Source: Entomortierella parvispora E1425 (taxonomy: Eukaryota; Fungi; Mortierellomycota). Taken from it: DNA of 64,000 bases. The notes beneath the pieces were generated by a model. That model was not told where the DNA came from. It was given only the letters and a program-made list of their open reading frames with translations, and searched no databases. A program made the translations under genes and the position numbers. Location of the stretch: assembly GCA_020891255.1 (NCBI GenBank), contig BQFW01000004.1, positions 496,001 through 560,000 on the forward strand, read 5' to 3'. Numbering within the stretch: the stretch's first letter is position 1; each line of letters starts with the position of its first letter. Positions 24,501-35,648 of this stretch are shown in pieces.

Positions 24501-25631
24501 CGTTTATTGCTGGACCAAGTATAAATAAAGTCTATGCTCCAGTCCAAAAAATTCTCCTTCAGGCCATCGGCGTCATAGCCACAGTGCGAAAACAAATTGA
24601 TGGCTATAGGTTTTGTTTTTGCACATGCCTTGAATGCAAGGTCTAGAACGATTTCCGGTGCCTTGGCATAAACAAGATTTGCATTCTTTTCAATGAAGCG
24701 TTTGGTTAGAGAGAAACCAACCTCAATTGGGTTCAATCGGGGAGAATAAGGAGGAAGAAAAACGAGAAATGCCCTCCTACTCTCAATTGCTTCCCGGAAT
24801 TCGCTATACATAGGAATGCGAGCATTGTCTATAACTACAAAGGAGTTAGGTAGAGGGTAAGGTTGAAGGTGGGGTAGAATCTTCTCGACAAATGCATCAT
24901 GAAACGACTCCCGCGTGAATGTTCCAGTAGTGAATTCCCAGGCAAGAAAACCTCTGTAGTTAAAAGCAGCCAGTGCAGAGACACGAACCCCCCGTGAAAA
25001 AGGAATATTTACAATAGTTGGCGTATTGACTGTGGAATAGGCGTACGACCTCAAAGCCGCTCGTCCGTCCTTGCTCGTCTCATCAATAAATCAATAAACA
25101 CAAGCTGCTCTGGAAAGAGGTACAGTTCCTTCATATTTTGTCGAAACCACTCGATTTCCTGTGGGTTTGACTCGCGTGCTCGTTTCTGCAACTTTTTTCT
25201 CGAGAGATTCAGATCATTTCGTAAAGCACGGCAAATTGTGGAGACTGATGTATTCTGCAGATCTGGAATTCAGGTCTAAGCTCCTCTTGTAGCTCCTCAA
25301 GGAAGAAGCAAGGATGGTGTTTGGTATATGACTCGACGAAAGTCAACACATCTGGTGGCCATCGAGAAGAGTTTTTGCGCGTATGTTCAATGTGAACGTT
25401 CCCTCTGTTGTTGAAATGACCTGTCCATGTCCAAAAAAAAAACCCCCCTAAAAAAAAAGAATAAGAAAAAAAAAACGCGAAGGCGACGCGACTCAACAAC
25501 GCTGACTTACGAGTCCATTTCGTGATCGTGTATTGCGAAATGCCTAGCGACACTGCCACAGCAGACCTTGGCAGGTCCATTATATTGTAGAGCTTAATGG
25601 CGCACCAGCGAATATCGTCTGAAAAGGTCAT
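24476..25631 (-). mobile_element. Tc1/IS630-like DD34E transposase pseudogene
   Basis: HTH N-terminus MTFSDDIRWCAIK; intron 25421-25510; LVFIDETS, VVIDNARI(P), FLPPYSPRLNPIE with 34 residues between the second D and E. Frameshifts at ~25265 and at an 8-bp duplication 25083-25098. Confidence 0.88.
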
Positions 25632-25888
25632 TGGGATGTGGGGTGATGTTTCAGAAGCAACATGCACGTTGCAGTTTAAATACTGCGGTCCGAATAGCTG
25701 TTTCTCATCTTTTTACCCTTTCTGAATGAGTAAAAAGTTCGTAAGTATACTACAAATAAACGAATGCCAGGTAAAATACGAACATATCCATGCTTTTTCC
25801 AACTACACGCAGAAACTCCTTGTCAGTATGGTTCCAAAACGCACCCTGAAATTTTATTTATCCTGCGACCATGTTCACGCGCCCCGTG

Positions 25889-25898
25889 TTGTCACGTG
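25889..25898. promoter_or_regulatory. GTCACGTG E-box ~260 bp upstream of the Tc1 transposase ATG
   Basis: ttgtcacgtgcatttaggc resembles ttgtcacgtggaattagcc at 23625. Confidence 0.3.
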
Positions 25899-26028
25899 CA
25901 TTTAGGCTACAAAATTTCTAGGTTAACCGGAGTGACTGTTCATTGATATATATTTTATCATCATGATATCTGCAAGTTTATTTTTTTTTAGGTGCAAAGC
26001 ACAATAAAAAAAAAAAAAAAAAACGAAC

Positions 26029-26362
26029 TTGCACTCATCCTTTTCGACGGGTTTCTTTTCATGGTGAGGCTTCTTCACATGGTGGTGATGATGGCTCTTG
26101 CCGTGATGATGATCCCTATTGCCATGGTGGCGATGGTGTTTGCCATGGTGACAATGACCAGGGTTCTCAGCTTTTACGAATCCTTGATCCTTAGCAGCAA
26201 GCTATTGCTGGTGGTGCTGGTGATTAACAGCCTCTGGGTTATGATGCTTTTGATCGTGCACCTTCTTTCCACATTTGGCATGCGCGTCTCACCGACTTGT
26301 TACATCAATCCATCGCATACAGCAATCGCCAAGATGGCAAGTCTTGCTGCTGGTAACTTCAT
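26029..26362 (-). pseudogene. Signal-peptide plus His-rich N-terminal fragment, probably the separated 5' end of the Cys-rich gene
   Basis: ATG at 26362 gives MKLPAARLAILAIAVC; after a shift, WIDVTSR*DAHAKCGKKVHDQKHHNPE...Q*LAAKD...HHGKHHRHHG...KKPHHEKKPVEKDECK, then a GTTCGT donor-like site. One frameshift and two stops (TGA, TAG). Confidence 0.5.
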
Positions 26363-26794
26363 CTTGCGTCTTTCGGACCTTCACTTAGTAAAGAGCCCCT
26401 CCCTTTCCCTAGCACACATGAAAGGGGTAGGAACTCTGAATTTGCAGAAGCAAAGAACGAGTATCTGCATGTCTATTTGCTTGTCGCTGACAATGAAGGA
26501 GAGAATTCAGAATTGGCCCCTTTGAACAATAAAGGGGAGGAAAACCAGGGGTTCGGTCTTGAGGAGTGAGATTCTTGGGGAGGAAGGAGCGTCAAATCAC
26601 GCGAGCACTCGCCAGTTCGCAGCTGGAGCGACTCTTTCCCGCTGTCAGCTTATGGCCATCTGACGAGCAATCATCGATGTTCACTTGTTCATGTTGCTTT
26701 TATTGGATTTCCGGAATTACACTGTACTGTACATTACAGCCTGCATTTAGAAGTCAAAATAAATCAATAAAAAATTACAAAAAGAAGATGCAGT

Positions 26795-28135
26795 TTAAGC
26801 CATTGCGGCCAGAACCACCGAGGCCAGAACCATGACTCCCGTCAAGGCCTTGGCGGATACTGTTGTCGCGCTGTTAGGGGAGGTAGGGGTGATAGTTGGT
26901 CCACCAGGCACGGGCGAGCCCGACAATCCTTCGTTTCCGAGGGACGTGCTCGTGACATTAAGGGGGGCCAAACCAATCTGGACGGAACCTGGCGTGAAGT
27001 CGTAGACGGCATAGATCTGACGCAAAAAGGGGTCTCCCAAAATATACATCTCGTAGTCGCCCAATGGCATCACCATCGAGACACACTGCCCTTCACCGGC
27101 ACTAGCAACATAGTCGGAGTAAGGCACGTTGTAAGTGACGCCATTGAACGAGACCCCGAACGTGGTTGTGCCCGAGCAAGGCACTGTGTAGACCTGATCT
27201 GCAGCAGAGTATACAGCACCAGGGACGCTTGCATGGAAGGTCTGAGCAAAAGTCGTAGGCACGGCAATAAAGGACGTGCCAGTGTCAAACAACCATGGCG
27301 CCGTTGAATAGCCCGCGACGGCCACACCTCCAACGTAGGCGGCATCCGCATTGAGATACCACATGCCCTTGGTGGCAGAAGCGCTGGTTGAGACGGGCAC
27401 CTGGTTCAATGTACCCGAAAACTTTGTGGTGTCGATTCCTCCGAACAAGAACGAGCCTCCCTGGTTCGCGGTCAAAGAAGACGTCAAGTAGACCGAGAAA
27501 ATATTCTGATCCAAGAGCTTGGCTTGATAAATCGTCGTCAATGGTGTAATAGCATTGGCCACGGGGGTCGTGGGCATCAAACCGACCAAACCTGCTACGC
27601 CTTGTCCATATGACGACAAGTCGAGGTTGCTCTTCGTGACGTCCAAGATTTGCTGGTTCTGAACAACCAATCCAGCAATCGAAACCTGATCCTCCACAAT
27701 GGGTCCAGCGCCCCAGGTGCCATCGCCATACGTGATGTTGTAAGAATACGCCGTCTTTGTGCAGGAAGTACAGGTATAATGGGCCATCTGGTCGCAAGTC
27801 GATCCTTGACATTCGTTCGAGGTGATCACAATCATATCACTGCCAGTGTCAAAAACGACCTGGAAGGACTGTGGAGGGTTGCCAAGTTCGATCAGACCCA
27901 CATAGCCCAGGTTCTGGGCGTTGGACACGATCGAATTGCCCAGATACTTGGATTGGAAGATGCTACCGAGATTGGTGGTGGCGGCAGAGGATGTCTGGAC
28001 CGTTGGCTTTGAGACCTTGACTTCAAAGGAGGCGCCTGAAGAGATGCTGAGCATCGAAGTCGTGGCAGCGAGGGCAAGGAGGCAGGTCAAACTGCGGTAT
28101 CCAGTTGATCTGGCTGTGGTCGACGTCCTTGTCAT
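26795..28135 (-). CDS. Secreted pepsin-family (A1) aspartic protease with probable GPI-anchor signal, intronless
   Basis: Hydrophobic N-terminus; YVGLIELGNPPQSFQVVFDTGS, flap YGDG, second catalytic WLFDTGTS, ILGDPFLR; Ser/Thr linker and hydrophobic C-terminus. Start taken as the ATG of MTRTST. Confidence 0.92.
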   Translation of the reverse strand: MTRTSTTARSTGYRSLTCLLALAATTSMLSISSGASFEVKVSKPTVQTSSAATTNLGSIFQSKYLGNSIVSNAQNLGYVGLIELGNPPQSFQVVFDTGSDMIVITSNECQGSTCDQMAHYTCTSCTKTAYSYNITYGDGTWGAGPIVEDQVSIAGLVVQNQQILDVTKSNLDLSSYGQGVAGLVGLMPTTPVANAITPLTTIYQAKLLDQNIFSVYLTSSLTANQGGSFLFGGIDTTKFSGTLNQVPVSTSASATKGMWYLNADAAYVGGVAVAGYSTAPWLFDTGTSFIAVPTTFAQTFHASVPGAVYSAADQVYTVPCSGTTTFGVSFNGVTYNVPYSDYVASAGEGQCVSMVMPLGDYEMYILGDPFLRQIYAVYDFTPGSVQIGLAPLNVTSTSLGNEGLSGSPVPGGPTITPTSPNSATTVSAKALTGVMVLASVVLAAMA

Positions 28136-29203
28136 GATGCCGTGCAACGTGCGTTTGAGTGTATGTACGTGTGAGTGTGCTTTTGTGAGTGTGGTGCTGC
28201 CCTCTGGAAAGTCGCTGGAGCGTGTCGATCAAACAGAGTACAATCGGATATGGAAGTGGACACAGAAAAGTAGGACGAATGAAGAAAAGAGGGAAAAAGA
28301 TGAGTAGCGGGTGATTGCTGAATGTGAGTTCAATGACAGCTGAGCGAATTGAGCAATGTAATACAGAAATGCAATGGAGAAACAGGCAGAGCGTCAATCG
28401 AGAACAGGGTGTGGGACAGGTGTGAGGGGAGTGGAAAGAGAAGAAGGGAGGGAACTTGAGCCTTGAAGAAAAGATATATATAACGGACCGCCGGGAAATT
28501 AATTATCGCAGGTAGGGGACGAAAAAAAATGACGCTGGTCCACAACAGTGGCACTGTTCGTGGTCGATGCAGGTGTTGCGGCGTGTGTTGGGCGTGTGGG
28601 TGTGTGGGTGTGTGGGGAAGAAAGGGGGGGAGGAGGGCCAGGAAAAGGGGGACAAGACCATGTCACCCACAAACGTCGCTGTTCGTCCGTCCAGCCATCC
28701 CCCGCATGGACAAGGCACTTGGGCTTGGGCTGTGGTTGCGTTGCATCATCCGCCTTTTGCACGCTGACACCTTTTTTTTCCAAGGATAATCATTATTGCA
28801 GTACATGCTTTGTACGATCTGCGCGCAAATAAGCAAATAAGGCAGAGAACAAGCCGCAGATTCACGCACGCACGGCCGGGCCAACAGCCGGACCACCCAA
28901 AGCCCATCCGGCCCAAGGACGGGCCAATCCCAGCGGAGAAACCAACGGACGAGAACGAAAAAATTATTTTTGTACGAAAAGGGGGGCTCCATGTCTCGTC
29001 TTTTCACCTCACCTGAAGTCTCACTCGGTCGAGCTTCCTTCCCTTCCCCAGCTTCCCTTCCTTCGGTCGACCACGGCGGTTGAGCACAGCCTCGGGGCCG
29101 CCTGGATAAACCTGGGGCCCCTGTGACCAGGATCACAATCCTCACCACGCCCCCATTGGTTCGCTCTACTGCGCATGCGTGATGATATCTGTGCAAACAT
29201 CTG

Positions 29204-29234
<31 letters not shown>

Positions 29235-29389
29235 GAATGATGGTCGTACCTGCATGGACGTACAACACTCGCCAGTTCCATATCGATTCTTCATCCTCTC
29301 CTCTGGCAGAGATTTTTTTTTTTTTGTTACTGTTGTTCTTCATTCAAGGCACATTATTGCGCTGGTTTCATTTCATGATATCGAACCAA

Positions 29390-31474
29390 TTACGATGACC
29401 GAGATCCTGCATGGACGCGTCTCCTACGAACATTCCCTTTTGGTGGTTGTGGAGGCACTGGTCCTTGTTGACGACCGTCGCTGCTTCCCTCAACCGACTG
29501 CGCGCGATCAGAAGTTAAGAACCTATGCCGGATCACCAACATTCCGTACATCACAGCAGAAAAGAAGCCGGCACAGAGGGCCCACCAATTCTCGGGCATG
29601 AAGGCCCCAAGAACGGCTGTGCCCAAGAAAAAGTACTCTGCTCGGACGAGGAACCGCCACAGTGCTTGCACCCAACCATCCACTTCTTCTGGATCTCTGT
29701 CCTCAGAACCAACTTCATCATTGGTGGTATTGATCTGGCAATCTTGTTCAGCTGGGTCTTGCTCCTTGTCGATTGCTGAAACGCTCTCCACCAGTGTTAC
29801 CTCGGTTGCGCTTGGATCTGTCTCGTCAATTTCAGCTAGAGGCGCAGTCTCTTGCAAAGTCTCTTCATTCAGGCTTTCCGAGAGAGACTCAACAGAGGTG
29901 ATGTGAGCAACAGCTGGGGCGTCTTCTGTAGAGGCGTCTTCCGCAGAGGCGACCTGAACTGGCGACAGCGACTCCATCTCTGGCTCGTTCTCGATTGCCT
30001 CCCAGTCATCGTCCTCGATCTCTCGCTCAATCCTTTCCAGTTGCTCAGCCGTATCTTGACTCTCAGCCGAGTCTGTCTCTTGCGGCTTTTGCTCACTTGC
30101 AGCGGTCGGTGATGAAAACACATCCAGAGATGAGGGCGCTGAGGCGGATGGCAATGCAGATCTTTCTTCCCCTTCCTCTGTGCGCAGATTGCTCTCGTTC
30201 GATTCTTGCTCAGAGTCAACGTGGCTCGGCGTCAACTTTTCTAGGAGGGCATCGTCGATCAGTGGGAACGAGGGTGGCATTTCAGCCATCATTACCGTCG
30301 TCGTATTCATGGTATTCAAGGGGGTCATCTCGGGCGAGGCAATGCCTGATAAAGCCATCGACGTCTCTTCCAGGTCGGGAATGATCGACAGCGGTCTGGA
30401 TTTGTGATGGTGATGAGAGCTCTCTTGCAGGGAAGACAAGGACGAGCCTGCGAGCGGACCCTTGGGCGTCAGTGGCGGTGACCTCAAGCCCATGAATGGG
30501 TGTGAGGTTGTTGGTGATTTTGAATGAATCTCCTCGTTTGCAATAAAGATGTTTTGAAGCGATCGACCCTCCTTTTGAGAAAGTGAACGTCCAGGAGGAG
30601 ATGATTCTGGGTCATCGGGCATCTCGCCTGCTGTGAAAGCCACAGGCGATGACGATGTTGATGACGACTCTGGATCATGGTCGATCGATGAAGCCGTTGA
30701 TGGTCGAGCATCGGACCGATGACCGTCGTTCCCTGCAACTGGCATTGTCAGGTTCTGATCTTTCATCTCCTTCAAGTGCCTCCACCATCCAACCGTGGCC
30801 ACGACCGATCCCGCGACCTGAAACTTCTTTCTCAAGGTCCTAACCCCCATCGAAAGCTCTTCCAGATCATTGGTCAGTCTCCTTCGACTCATTGAACCCC
30901 CATGTTCAATAAAACTCTCTGACAACCCAGGCTTCCCCTGGATCCTCAGCAGATGGTCCTCGACTCTGTACATGCGTTTCGATTTTTCTGTAAACTCTTT
31001 GGCCAGAGCTTGTGTTCGAGCATAGAGTTCATGCGACTGATGGTTGAAAGCATCCAATCGTGTCGTAATCAGATCCAATCGAGCCTGGATCGCCGATTCC
31101 ATGGCTTCGCGGGCTGCTGTCGAATCTGCTCGGACTCTCCGACGACGATTCTCGAACGCAGAGGGGGGGTAACTGCTGTTACTGCTGTTATCGGTGTGAT
31201 CATGAGCGTGGGTATAAATTGGTGACATGGTGGGCGAGCAGGAGGATGCGGCTGTTGTGGCAGTCAAGGGAGAAGAGGCGAAAAAGTTGTCTGTCGAGGC
31301 TGAAAACGAGGACGGAGGAGAGATCCTTGGGAGGTTGGAGCCGGTATGAGAGGACGTAATGATGGAGTGAATCTTGACTGGCTGGTGTCGATATGGTCTT
31401 GACTGCTGCTGACGTTCTTGTGATTGCTGGGTTGAAGACAGAGTCGTGGTCTTGTCTGGTCCAGCGGGATGCAT
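29390..31474 (-). CDS. Uncharacterised 694-aa protein: N-terminal coiled coil, acidic disordered middle, two C-terminal TM helices
   Basis: Single long ORF with heptad-like segment (IQARLDLITTRLDAFNHQSHELYARTQALAKEF) and hydrophobic YFFLGTAVLGAFM / WWALCAGFFSAVMYGMLVI. Confidence 0.7.
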   Translation of the reverse strand: MHPAGPDKTTTLSSTQQSQERQQQSRPYRHQPVKIHSIITSSHTGSNLPRISPPSSFSASTDNFFASSPLTATTAASSCSPTMSPIYTHAHDHTDNSSNSSYPPSAFENRRRRVRADSTAAREAMESAIQARLDLITTRLDAFNHQSHELYARTQALAKEFTEKSKRMYRVEDHLLRIQGKPGLSESFIEHGGSMSRRRLTNDLEELSMGVRTLRKKFQVAGSVVATVGWWRHLKEMKDQNLTMPVAGNDGHRSDARPSTASSIDHDPESSSTSSSPVAFTAGEMPDDPESSPPGRSLSQKEGRSLQNIFIANEEIHSKSPTTSHPFMGLRSPPLTPKGPLAGSSLSSLQESSHHHHKSRPLSIIPDLEETSMALSGIASPEMTPLNTMNTTTVMMAEMPPSFPLIDDALLEKLTPSHVDSEQESNESNLRTEEGEERSALPSASAPSSLDVFSSPTAASEQKPQETDSAESQDTAEQLERIEREIEDDDWEAIENEPEMESLSPVQVASAEDASTEDAPAVAHITSVESLSESLNEETLQETAPLAEIDETDPSATEVTLVESVSAIDKEQDPAEQDCQINTTNDEVGSEDRDPEEVDGWVQALWRFLVRAEYFFLGTAVLGAFMPENWWALCAGFFSAVMYGMLVIRHRFLTSDRAQSVEGSSDGRQQGPVPPQPPKGNVRRRRVHAGSRSS

Positions 31475-31792
31475 GATGAAAGTGCTTTGGTGAGGGGTCG
31501 TTTCGGTTATATTGGGTCGTGTCGTTGTAGTTTGCTGTCCGAGACAAATGAGGGGTCAGGCAAGGTCAGGTCAAGAAGAAGCAAATGAAAAGAGGAAAAG
31601 AGAAAAGAAGAGAAAAAAAGGATGTGAACTCCAAGGTCAGGGCGCAAAAAAAAATGTGGAGGCAGGCAGTCCGGGTTTTTGGAGTGCGCTCAGTTGTTTT
31701 GATGTGCTGACAACTATTTCATCATCCAGGAGGACAAAGGTGCTGCAACAGCTCAGCAGATCGCAAGAAGGAGCAGGTGAGCAATTGAGAGG

Positions 31793-33616
31793 ATGAAAAA
31801 CGACAACAAAGCAGGGGTTTCCAATGGTCAGGCACGACTCGGACCATGCGACAGTTGGCAGTGGCTGGCAGGGTCAGGGCAGAGCAGGGCAGGTGAAGAA
31901 AACACCACTGTCAAGACTCAGGGGCTGACAGGGTTAACAAGACGAAAAGAAGGGAAGGGCAGAAACAAAACAAATGAAGGGGCAGGAAGCACGCGTGCAA
32001 CAAGAAAGACAGGGGGACAAGGGGGCAGAGGGACAGAGGGACAGAGGGACAGCAAGATGAGTCCTCCAGCAGGAATGAATGAAGGGAATGTCAAAGAGAT
32101 GTTGCAAGCGGGCGATCAGCCCGGTGTGATCCCATTCTTCGCCCCACAGAGTGCCAAAAAAAGAGCTTCTTTGGTTAAAGGCCAACAATCATCACGTGAT
32201 GTGACTCTCCCTCCGGTCGCTGGAGAAGCAAAAACCGAATGGTCAGCCATTCAAACAAGTCCATGCATCCAATCATCACGCATGCCAGCTCAGACACCGT
32301 ATCCAGAGTACTACTCAGTCGGCATGGAAGAACGGACCCCGGCTGCAGGAAACCCGCCTCGACATCCTGCTTTTTACGACGAGTCCAGTAAAACCTACTA
32401 TCCTACGACAGGGATCAGATCCATCCATCCAGAATACCTCGACCTGGCCCAGTATGCACCCGTCGCCGCAGCCCAGCCTCAAGTGCAACTCGTCATCTTG
32501 GATCTCAACGGCGCCATGGTGAATCGAGACAGCTCGAAAAAAGTCACCCGACGACCTCACCTGGACGCCTTTTTACGTTTTCTCCTCCAAAATTTCCGAG
32601 TGATGGTCTGGTCCAGCGCCCAGAGACGCACAGTCGACAAGCTCATCACTGAATTCCCTGCAGGATCGAGAAAGAATTTGGACCGCATCTGGTCAAGAGA
32701 GGATTGTCGCTTGAGCTCTTTAGATTTTTACCGCAAGGTTCTGACGCTCAAGGATCTGGATTTTGTCTGGGAGGTGGCCGAAAAGGAAAGGGTCGCAGCT
32801 GGGCAGAAACCGGAGCTCGTCAAGAAGAAACATGCGAAAAAAAAGTATGCGGTACGGTTTGATCAGACAAACACCATTATGATTGACGATTCGATCCACA
32901 AAACTCAACTGCAGCCGTACAACAGCATCATCCTTCCAGACTATGATGAGGATGCTCGTGACGGAGGCATGGACAGAGAATTGCTCAAGGTTCGGGACTA
33001 CTTGACTCGCCTGCTCTATCAGGAAAATGTCAGCGCTTACATACGGACGTCGCCCTTTGATGCCTCAAGCGTCGAGTTTCAGGGTCCTTTGTTTGAGGTC
33101 AGAGTCAACAATCAGGATAAAATGGTTGCAAGGGGAGGTTGGTGGACTCGGAATGCAAAGGGTATGAAAGAAAAGGAAAAGAACATTATGAGCACTCAGT
33201 CATTTTTGCCGATGATTCCATCAAGCTCAACCAGCGACAGTAAGGAGAATCGGAAAAGAAAACTCGGGGCACTATCCGACTCGACAAAGGACCAAGATAT
33301 GCAGAGGAATGAGGATTCACACAGGAAAGCGGATAAACCGAGAAAGAAGAGGCGGAAGAAGGCGAGATTGGACACTGAAACAACAACCCATATTGCGGAC
33401 GACGCTTGTGAGGATGGGAAGGACAGGGAATCAACGACTCGGATAGCACAAGGACCGTCATCAACCGCACAAGGAAAAATGTCAAGAAGAGCCAGGAAGC
33501 GGCTATCAAAAGCAAAAGCAGCGGCAGCGGCAGCTGCGATGGAAAGGATACCAAAGAGGAGATGGCGGCTGGCACCAGAAGAGACTGAAGGGTGGCTAGA
33601 CTGCCAAGGACAATAA
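31793..33616 (+). CDS. FCP1-homology (NIF/HAD-like) domain protein with basic C-terminal tail; true start probably internal (~32058-32323)
   Basis: LVILDLNGAMV (HAD motif I variant), RRPHLDAFLRFL, VMVWSSAQ, KDLDFVW, TIMIDDS, QPYNSIILPDY. Confidence 0.82.
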   Translation: MKNDNKAGVSNGQARLGPCDSWQWLAGSGQSRAGEENTTVKTQGLTGLTRRKEGKGRNKTNEGAGSTRATRKTGGQGGRGTEGQRDSKMSPPAGMNEGNVKEMLQAGDQPGVIPFFAPQSAKKRASLVKGQQSSRDVTLPPVAGEAKTEWSAIQTSPCIQSSRMPAQTPYPEYYSVGMEERTPAAGNPPRHPAFYDESSKTYYPTTGIRSIHPEYLDLAQYAPVAAAQPQVQLVILDLNGAMVNRDSSKKVTRRPHLDAFLRFLLQNFRVMVWSSAQRRTVDKLITEFPAGSRKNLDRIWSREDCRLSSLDFYRKVLTLKDLDFVWEVAEKERVAAGQKPELVKKKHAKKKYAVRFDQTNTIMIDDSIHKTQLQPYNSIILPDYDEDARDGGMDRELLKVRDYLTRLLYQENVSAYIRTSPFDASSVEFQGPLFEVRVNNQDKMVARGGWWTRNAKGMKEKEKNIMSTQSFLPMIPSSSTSDSKENRKRKLGALSDSTKDQDMQRNEDSHRKADKPRKKRRKKARLDTETTTHIADDACEDGKDRESTTRIAQGPSSTAQGKMSRRARKRLSKAKAAAAAAAMERIPKRRWRLAPEETEGWLDCQGQ

Positions 33617-33932
33617 ACACTCTCCTGGACCCAGACCAACGTTTTGCAAGGGATACAAGTCCGGCCAGAAATGGCAGCAATGCAGGCGTGTGCCTGTTTG
33701 TCTGCACAGGCCCACGAAGGCCTTTTTTTTTTAGCACAGTCACTACTTGGCCGTGTCATTTCTGCGCGTTGCGGTTGCGGGGATGACGAACGAGGAACGG
33801 GTGGGCGGGAGAGCGGGCTGCAGTGGGGCGGGTGCGGTTCCTTTTTTTTTTTTTTTGCCCTTTTGTTCCTTGCTCCCATTCCATCAACAACTCCCACCCT
33901 CTCCATTCCCTTTCCCTTTCCCATTCATCACT

Positions 33933-35648
33933 ATGAAGACCACCTTCCTCCTCGCCGGACTCTTGTCCTTGGCTGTCGCCTCCCAGGCGGAAATGACTCG
34001 GTAGGGCGACTTGCTTCACTCTTGGCTTGGCTCATGGCAGGCGTGTGCCCTTTTGTCCCCAGGGTCGGCTCTTCCTTGGCTGACTCGCTGCTTCGCTTTC
34101 CTCCCTTTACCTTGTAGCATCAACCTCAAGAAGGCTGACCTCACTGCTGCCGAGAAGCTCGATGCCTATGCTGAGACTGGCTCGTATATGGCCCAGAAGT
34201 ACTTTGGCTCCCCCTCTCGCAAGATGAAGAAGGACCAGGCCAACCAGATCTTTGGTCTCGATGCTGAGGGCAAGCCCTCGTACGGAGTCCCTCTCTCCAA
34301 CTACATGAATGTCCAGGTAGGAATGCAATGCTTTCTCACAGGAAGGTCTCGTGAAAGTGTGGTTGCCTGTGCATGGATGCTCTGTCAGCAGGCTTTTTCT
34401 CGCTCTTGTTCTCGCGCTCGTTCTCGCTCTCTTCACAACCCCGTTTCCCCCCTTCGTTTCAACCGACATGGCTCGCCTTCTCTGTCCCCTTTGAAATGAG
34501 CTAACTGACAGACTGACAAACATGCAGCCAGACAGAGGGACGATGAGCACATGCATGTGCAAAGTCGACTGAGGGGCTACAAGTTGACCCTGTTGCCCCA
34601 ATATGGTCACGCTGCTCTAATTGCCACTACCCCTGACAACGGGTATTAATCGTCATCATTTGGGCAGTAACCACCGTTCTAACGTTTTTTCTCTGTTGCA
34701 TCATAGTACTATGGAGAGATCTCCATCGGCAGCCCTGCTCAGACCTTCTCGGTTGTCTTTGATACCGGCTCGTCCAACCTCTGGGTTCCTTCCACCCACT
34801 GCAGCTCCATTGCCTGCTTCCTCCACCGTCGCTTCGACTCTGAAAAGTCCTCGACTTTCAAGCACAACGGTACCGAGTTTGGCATCCAGTACGGCAGTGG
34901 CTCGCTCGAGGGTATCATCAGCAACGACAATGTTGAGGTTGGCGGTATCGTCATCAAGGGCCAGGACTTTGGCGAGTCTGTCAAGGAGCCCGGTCTTGCT
35001 TTTGCCTTTGGCAAGTTTGACGGAATTTTTGGTCTCGGCTATGACACCATCTCAGTCTTGGGTGTCGTCCCTCCCTTCTACAGCATCGTCAACCAGAAGC
35101 TTGTTGATGAGCCTGTCTTTGGCTTTTACCTTGCTCAGGCCGACGGCTCCACCGGCGGCCAGATGACTATTGGAGGTGTTGACACCAGCCATTTCGAGGG
35201 CGAGCTGGAGTGGCACGATGTCCGCCGCAAGGGCTACTGGGAGATTAACCTGAACAAGATTCGTTTGGGTAACGAGGAGGTCGACATTGATGGCACTGGT
35301 GCCGTCATTGACACTGGTTCGTCCCTAATTATCCTTCAGACCGATTTGGCCGAGATGATCAACAAGCAGATCGGTGCCAAGAAGAACTATGCTGGACAGT
35401 ACACGATCGAGTGCGATGCTGTGGCCTCGCTCCCCGACTTTTCGTTCTTCTTTGGCAAGAAGGAGTACAAGCTCTCTGGTTCAGACTATGTCCTCAATGC
35501 TGGAGGCTCCTGCATCAGTGGATTCATGGGCATGGACTTCCCCGAGTCCTTGGGCGATCTCTGGATTGTCGGTGACGTCTTCTTGCGCAAGTTCTACAGT
35601 GTCTACGATCTTGGAAACGACCGTGTCGGTTTCGCTCCTGCCAAGTAA
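33933..35648 (+). CDS. PEP4: Vacuolar aspartic proteinase A (cathepsin D-like)
   Basis: Exons 33933-34000, 34118-34316, 34707-35648; signal and propeptide; VPLSNYMNVQYYGEISIG, FDTGSSNLWVPS, YGSG flap, AFGKFDGIFGLGY, VIDTGSSLI, WIVGDVFLRKFYSVYD. Confidence 0.93.

Noticed and set aside
17860-25990. Terminal inverted repeats and TA target duplication for the Fanzor/Tc1 block
   Set aside because: Searched by eye and found no convincing pair, so element ends are not reported as features.
26795-35648. Two aspartic proteases within 9 kb as a duplicated cluster
   Set aside because: Different subfamilies (GPI-type secreted versus PEP4), intron structures and strands; no sign of recent duplication.
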